From Octopus sinensis (lineage: Eukaryota), in contig NC_042997.1 of assembly GCF_006345805.1 (NCBI RefSeq), forward strand, positions 165,850,001-165,914,000: a stretch of DNA of 64,000 nucleotides, written 5' to 3'. The first letter of the stretch is position 1. The number at the start of each line of letters is the position of its first letter. A program made the translations under genes and the position numbers. The notes under the pieces are model-generated. The model was not told the DNA's origin and did no database searches. It worked only from the letters and a program-made list of their open reading frames with translations. Shown here piece by piece: positions 60,914-64,000 of the stretch.

Positions 60914-61614
60914 GGATCTTTTCGGTTTGAACGGCTAGGTTGTGCCTAGCCATTCAGCTGATTACTAATATGATCAGAGCTAACGTGAAGTTTCTCAGTC
61001 ACAACAAATTGTTTCATTTTCAATGTAATAAAACATGTCCAACATTATTACTCCTGCCTTAATGAATATACAATAAATTGTGTTATATCACACAATAAAT
61101 TGTTTCGAAAGTAGTTTAGTTTAACAGTTCATCATTTATATAAGTTACAATGATTGCAGCTGCTACCATCGATGCGACTGTAGTATATAAAACAGCTAGG
61201 CTCTTTTCGGTTTGAACGGCAGTTTTTCCTAGCGATGTCATATGAAATTGTCACCCATAATTATGACCCTAGTATCGATCTATTGCATTTCAATCTGTTT
61301 TAGGGTTAGGACTAGTTAGGGTTAGGGTTAGAGGTGGGGGGAAGGGTATCTTTTTTTCTTCACAAATGTAAATAAACCCAATCTGTTTCTTAAACGGCAC
61401 AAAATGCTTTTTAACTCAATAGACGTCACTGATTGGTTGAAATTGCAGAAATTGAAGAAAAAAAACAACAAATATCTTACAAACTATAGAATTTTCTCAA
61501 TAAAGCCAAGAGAAAAAGATGTTTTATAAACACATTCTACCAGCATACGAAGTTTAAAATTTTTTAGTTACCTAGAAATTATGTTAAAAACTGCCGTTCA
61601 AACCGAAAAGATCC
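60914..61614. mobile_element. Composite non-autonomous DNA transposon (GG-start TIRs, 8-bp TSD; superfamily unresolved, possibly Merlin-like)
   Basis: TIR GGATCTTTTCGGTTTGAACGGC at 60914 and inverted ending at 61614, with a third internal copy at 61199. TSD GGGTTCGA/GGATTCGA. Confidence 0.85.
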
Positions 61615-61635
61615 GGATTCGAAATTCCACCAGAA

Positions 61636-61675
61636 CACCTGATGAAGGCTGGGGAGTATCAGCCGAAACATTGTG
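61636..61675 (+). ncRNA. Hammerhead ribozyme variant (type I, minimal) in the Penelope pLTR
   Basis: CAC-CTGATGA-A-GGCTG(gggagtat)CAGCC-GAAAC-ATT-GTG: catalytic core, 5-bp stem II and 3-bp stem I. The ACGT palindrome has decayed to ACAT. Confidence 0.7.
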
Positions 61676-62559
61676 ATAACAACTCACAAGATGAGGACAC
61701 CTATCCGTCCATTGTACATGATGTACATAATTCCTCATCTCAAAAATATAGAATAATAGAAGTGTTTCGTTGATTTCATTTATGTGTATTGTTGTCTAAG
61801 ATCACCAGAACCACAAAGGTATGATCAACCGCTTCAGTTACTTGCCCTTCGGGGAAAAAAATTCGAAAAGAAAATATTTTCTTTCCAAAATATTGGATTC
61901 AAATTTTGGCACTAGGCCAGCAATTTCGGGGAAGGAGTAAATCGATTACACCGATCCCAGTGATCAACTGGTTCTTGTTTTATCGATCCCAAAAGGATGA
62001 AAGGCAAAGTCGACCTCAACAGAATTTAAGCTTAGAATGTAAGCATGGATGAAATGCCTCTAAGCATTTCGCCCGGCATGCGAATGATTCTGCCAGCTCG
62101 TTGCCTTTTCTTTTCGAAATATTAAAAACACTTTCAATATGGTGTGACTTCGTCGCCAACCAAAAGAAGAGGTGAGAAAAGGCTTTGAAAGGGAAATTGC
62201 TTTTCACCGTCAATTTCTCATCTCAAATTTTTCACACACACACGCACGCACGCACGCCCCCCACTCACCACCACATACATACACAGTATTGTAGTATCAA
62301 CAGTAATAAGAGCAGCAGCAGTTGTAACAACAATAACAACAACAACAGCAGCAATGATCAAGAAAAAAACAAGATGAAAAAACAAATTGTTCAAACAACA
62401 CACCTGCAAATTCGCTCGCCGCTGCCACCACCACCACCACCACCACCACCACCACCACCACCACCACCACCACCACCATTATAATGCCAACAGTAATACT
62501 CAAAACAACAAAAGTTACAAGTTCTGTGTTGGCAGTTTCGCCACTGTTGTGCGCTAGTC

Positions 62560-63850
62560 ACGTGGAAGCATAAAATTATCTGGATGATTTTAAGAAGTTG
62601 GAGAATATGACACTGTAGAAATGAAATTCTCTACGAAGGACAAGGGTAGGAAACATTGAACATGAACAATATGAAATGACGAACTGGATCTCATATCTAT
62701 ATAACTTGGCCACTGAGTGGTGAAAGCAGAAACTGGGATGTGCTCCTAGAAATAGTCATCTGCTGGTTGATGGCGACTGTCCTCCTGGCCATAAGAGAGA
62801 AACCCAACATCCTGCGGGTTCAGATTCTGCAGAAACATAACTGGTAGGGCAAAATGATGGGAGTTGTTAATCTAGACAGATCGAGAAAATGTCAAATCAA
62901 TCTCAGACTAAATAAACCTGTTAGACGGCACAAAATTTGACGAGGTGGTTGAGAGCAGAAGGTCGAGGCGTTACCTGTTTTGTGCAGTGACACAAACTAC
63001 CTCAAGGCTTTCTGCCCTATAACAAAGGAGAAAAGAGAGAGACTGCCACGACGACGACGACGACGACCACACCACCACCACCACCACCACCACAGCAACA
63101 ACAGCAGCAGCAGCAACAACAGCAGCAGTGAGAGTAGCAACAGTACAAACTGAGGCAAGTGGTCACAGAAGCAGGAATAAAACTAGCAGTCATGAAAACA
63201 GCAGTAACAGCAGCTGCAGCAATAGTTACTGCAGCTTCTACAGTAACAACAGCAGCAAAAACAACAGCATCAACAGTGGAAAAAAAGCAGCAACTAAAAG
63301 AACAGAAAACACACCTGCATCAAGGGCCACTGCATCACAGATAGCAACCGCGACATCAAGCTTCAGAAACCTTCAAAATAACAACAATTTCATATAAAAC
63401 CACCAAAAACCTCCTCTTAGACATGCTCCTCCCCGTTTCGGATCACTTAGACAGGTTGTTGTTGTTGTTGTTGTTAAGCAACAAGACGGGTAAGGGTTAT
63501 TAGGTGATGGTCTAGGGCTTAGGGGCGGGAGACCCCAGACCTTGGGGAAAAAAAAAAACTTTGGTCGTCTTGTTGTAGTCGAGGGCTCTTCGTTGACGCC
63601 CGACACCACTGGGAGGTGGCCCTCGAAGTCGCTGGAAATGGAGATCACCAGGTCCAAATTTTTGAACGGCACTTAGACAGGTTGTATAATGAAGGAGACG
63701 GTGAGGTGACTAAAAGGCAAAAAGTTACCAAGGTAAAGCAGAAAGGAAAACGAAACACACCTACACAAAATGATATGAACAAATGGCACATGTGAACAAA
63801 AGAGGAGTGCCTTTGAGCAACAATACTCAAACACCACTCACAAAAGAAAC
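62560..63850 (+). mobile_element. Probable decayed LINE ORF1 (gag-like) remnant
   Basis: Frameshifted CX2CX4(H>Y)X4C knuckle at 62976-63015 (CFV-C-SDTN-Y-LKAF-C, needs a 2-nt repair), an A/T/Q low-complexity tract and a basic EGDGEVTKRQKVTKVKQKGKR segment. Confidence 0.45.
63460..63669 (-). mobile_element. Short retroposed insertion with (CAA)n tail
   Basis: Flanked by a perfect 16-bp direct repeat CACTTAGACAGGTTGT (63444-63459 and 63670-63685). Confidence 0.7.
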
Positions 63851-64000
63851 TACACCAATACTGTCAACAACATCACCACCATCACCGGTGATGATCTTAT
63901 TGATTGAATAATAAAATAATTTTATTGATCTTTCGATTTCAAAGTTTTTAGATTTAATATCTATTAAAGGTAGAATTCCTATTAAATTTAATTCTAATCC

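Larger units (their letters stand above)
60023..61756 (+). mobile_element. Penelope-like element: inverted partial pLTR (60023-60398), GIY-YIG 3' ORF (60399-60729) and pLTR (to 61756, split by a MITE)
   Basis: RVYSIPCSCGRLYKGGT...LKGRVKEYRKAV...IADHVW...RKLKEA is a GIY-YIG endonuclease remnant. 60023-60398 is an inverted copy of 60654-60913 plus 61615-61705. An 11-bp TSD TAGAAGTGTTT lies at 60012-60022 and 61757-61767. Confidence 0.9.

Noticed and set aside
62185-62503. Poly-Pro, poly-Asn and poly-Val ORFs, and other microsatellite ORFs (IYIY, THTH, SLSL)
   Set aside because: Translations of simple repeats with no splice or homology support.

Overview
Eukaryotic, AT-rich, repeat-dense animal genomic DNA. 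The tRNA-derived SINE families and microsatellites look like those of Octopus (coleoid cephalopod); this is my recognition, not a database result. Three host genes are supported. (1) A theta-class glutathione S-transferase on + with exons 4304-4391, 11037-11187 and 12500-12838; the first coding exon was not found in the window. (2) A three-exon QPRT-like gene on - (33683-33072, 21844-21713, 18605-18390; 319 aa), intact but with several conserved active-site residues replaced. (3) An intronless SNRNP48 (U11/U12 48K) on - (43252-41957). The rest is mostly mobile DNA: a mariner with a hAT nested inside it, a Tigger-like MITE, non-autonomous Helitrons including a head-to-tail dimer, a Chapaev3-like transposase remnant, RTE, CR1, Tx1 and R4/Dong LINE remnants, a Penelope-like element with inverted pLTRs carrying hammerhead-ribozyme variants and a tRNA-like head, a composite MITE, and dozens of SINEs. 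The best leads are the QPRT-like gene (possible pseudoenzyme or altered specificity), the tRNA-head plus hammerhead module in the Penelope pLTR, a SINE tail shared with a Tx1 LINE, and the composite MITE carrying extra DNA. All alignments and structures were done by eye.
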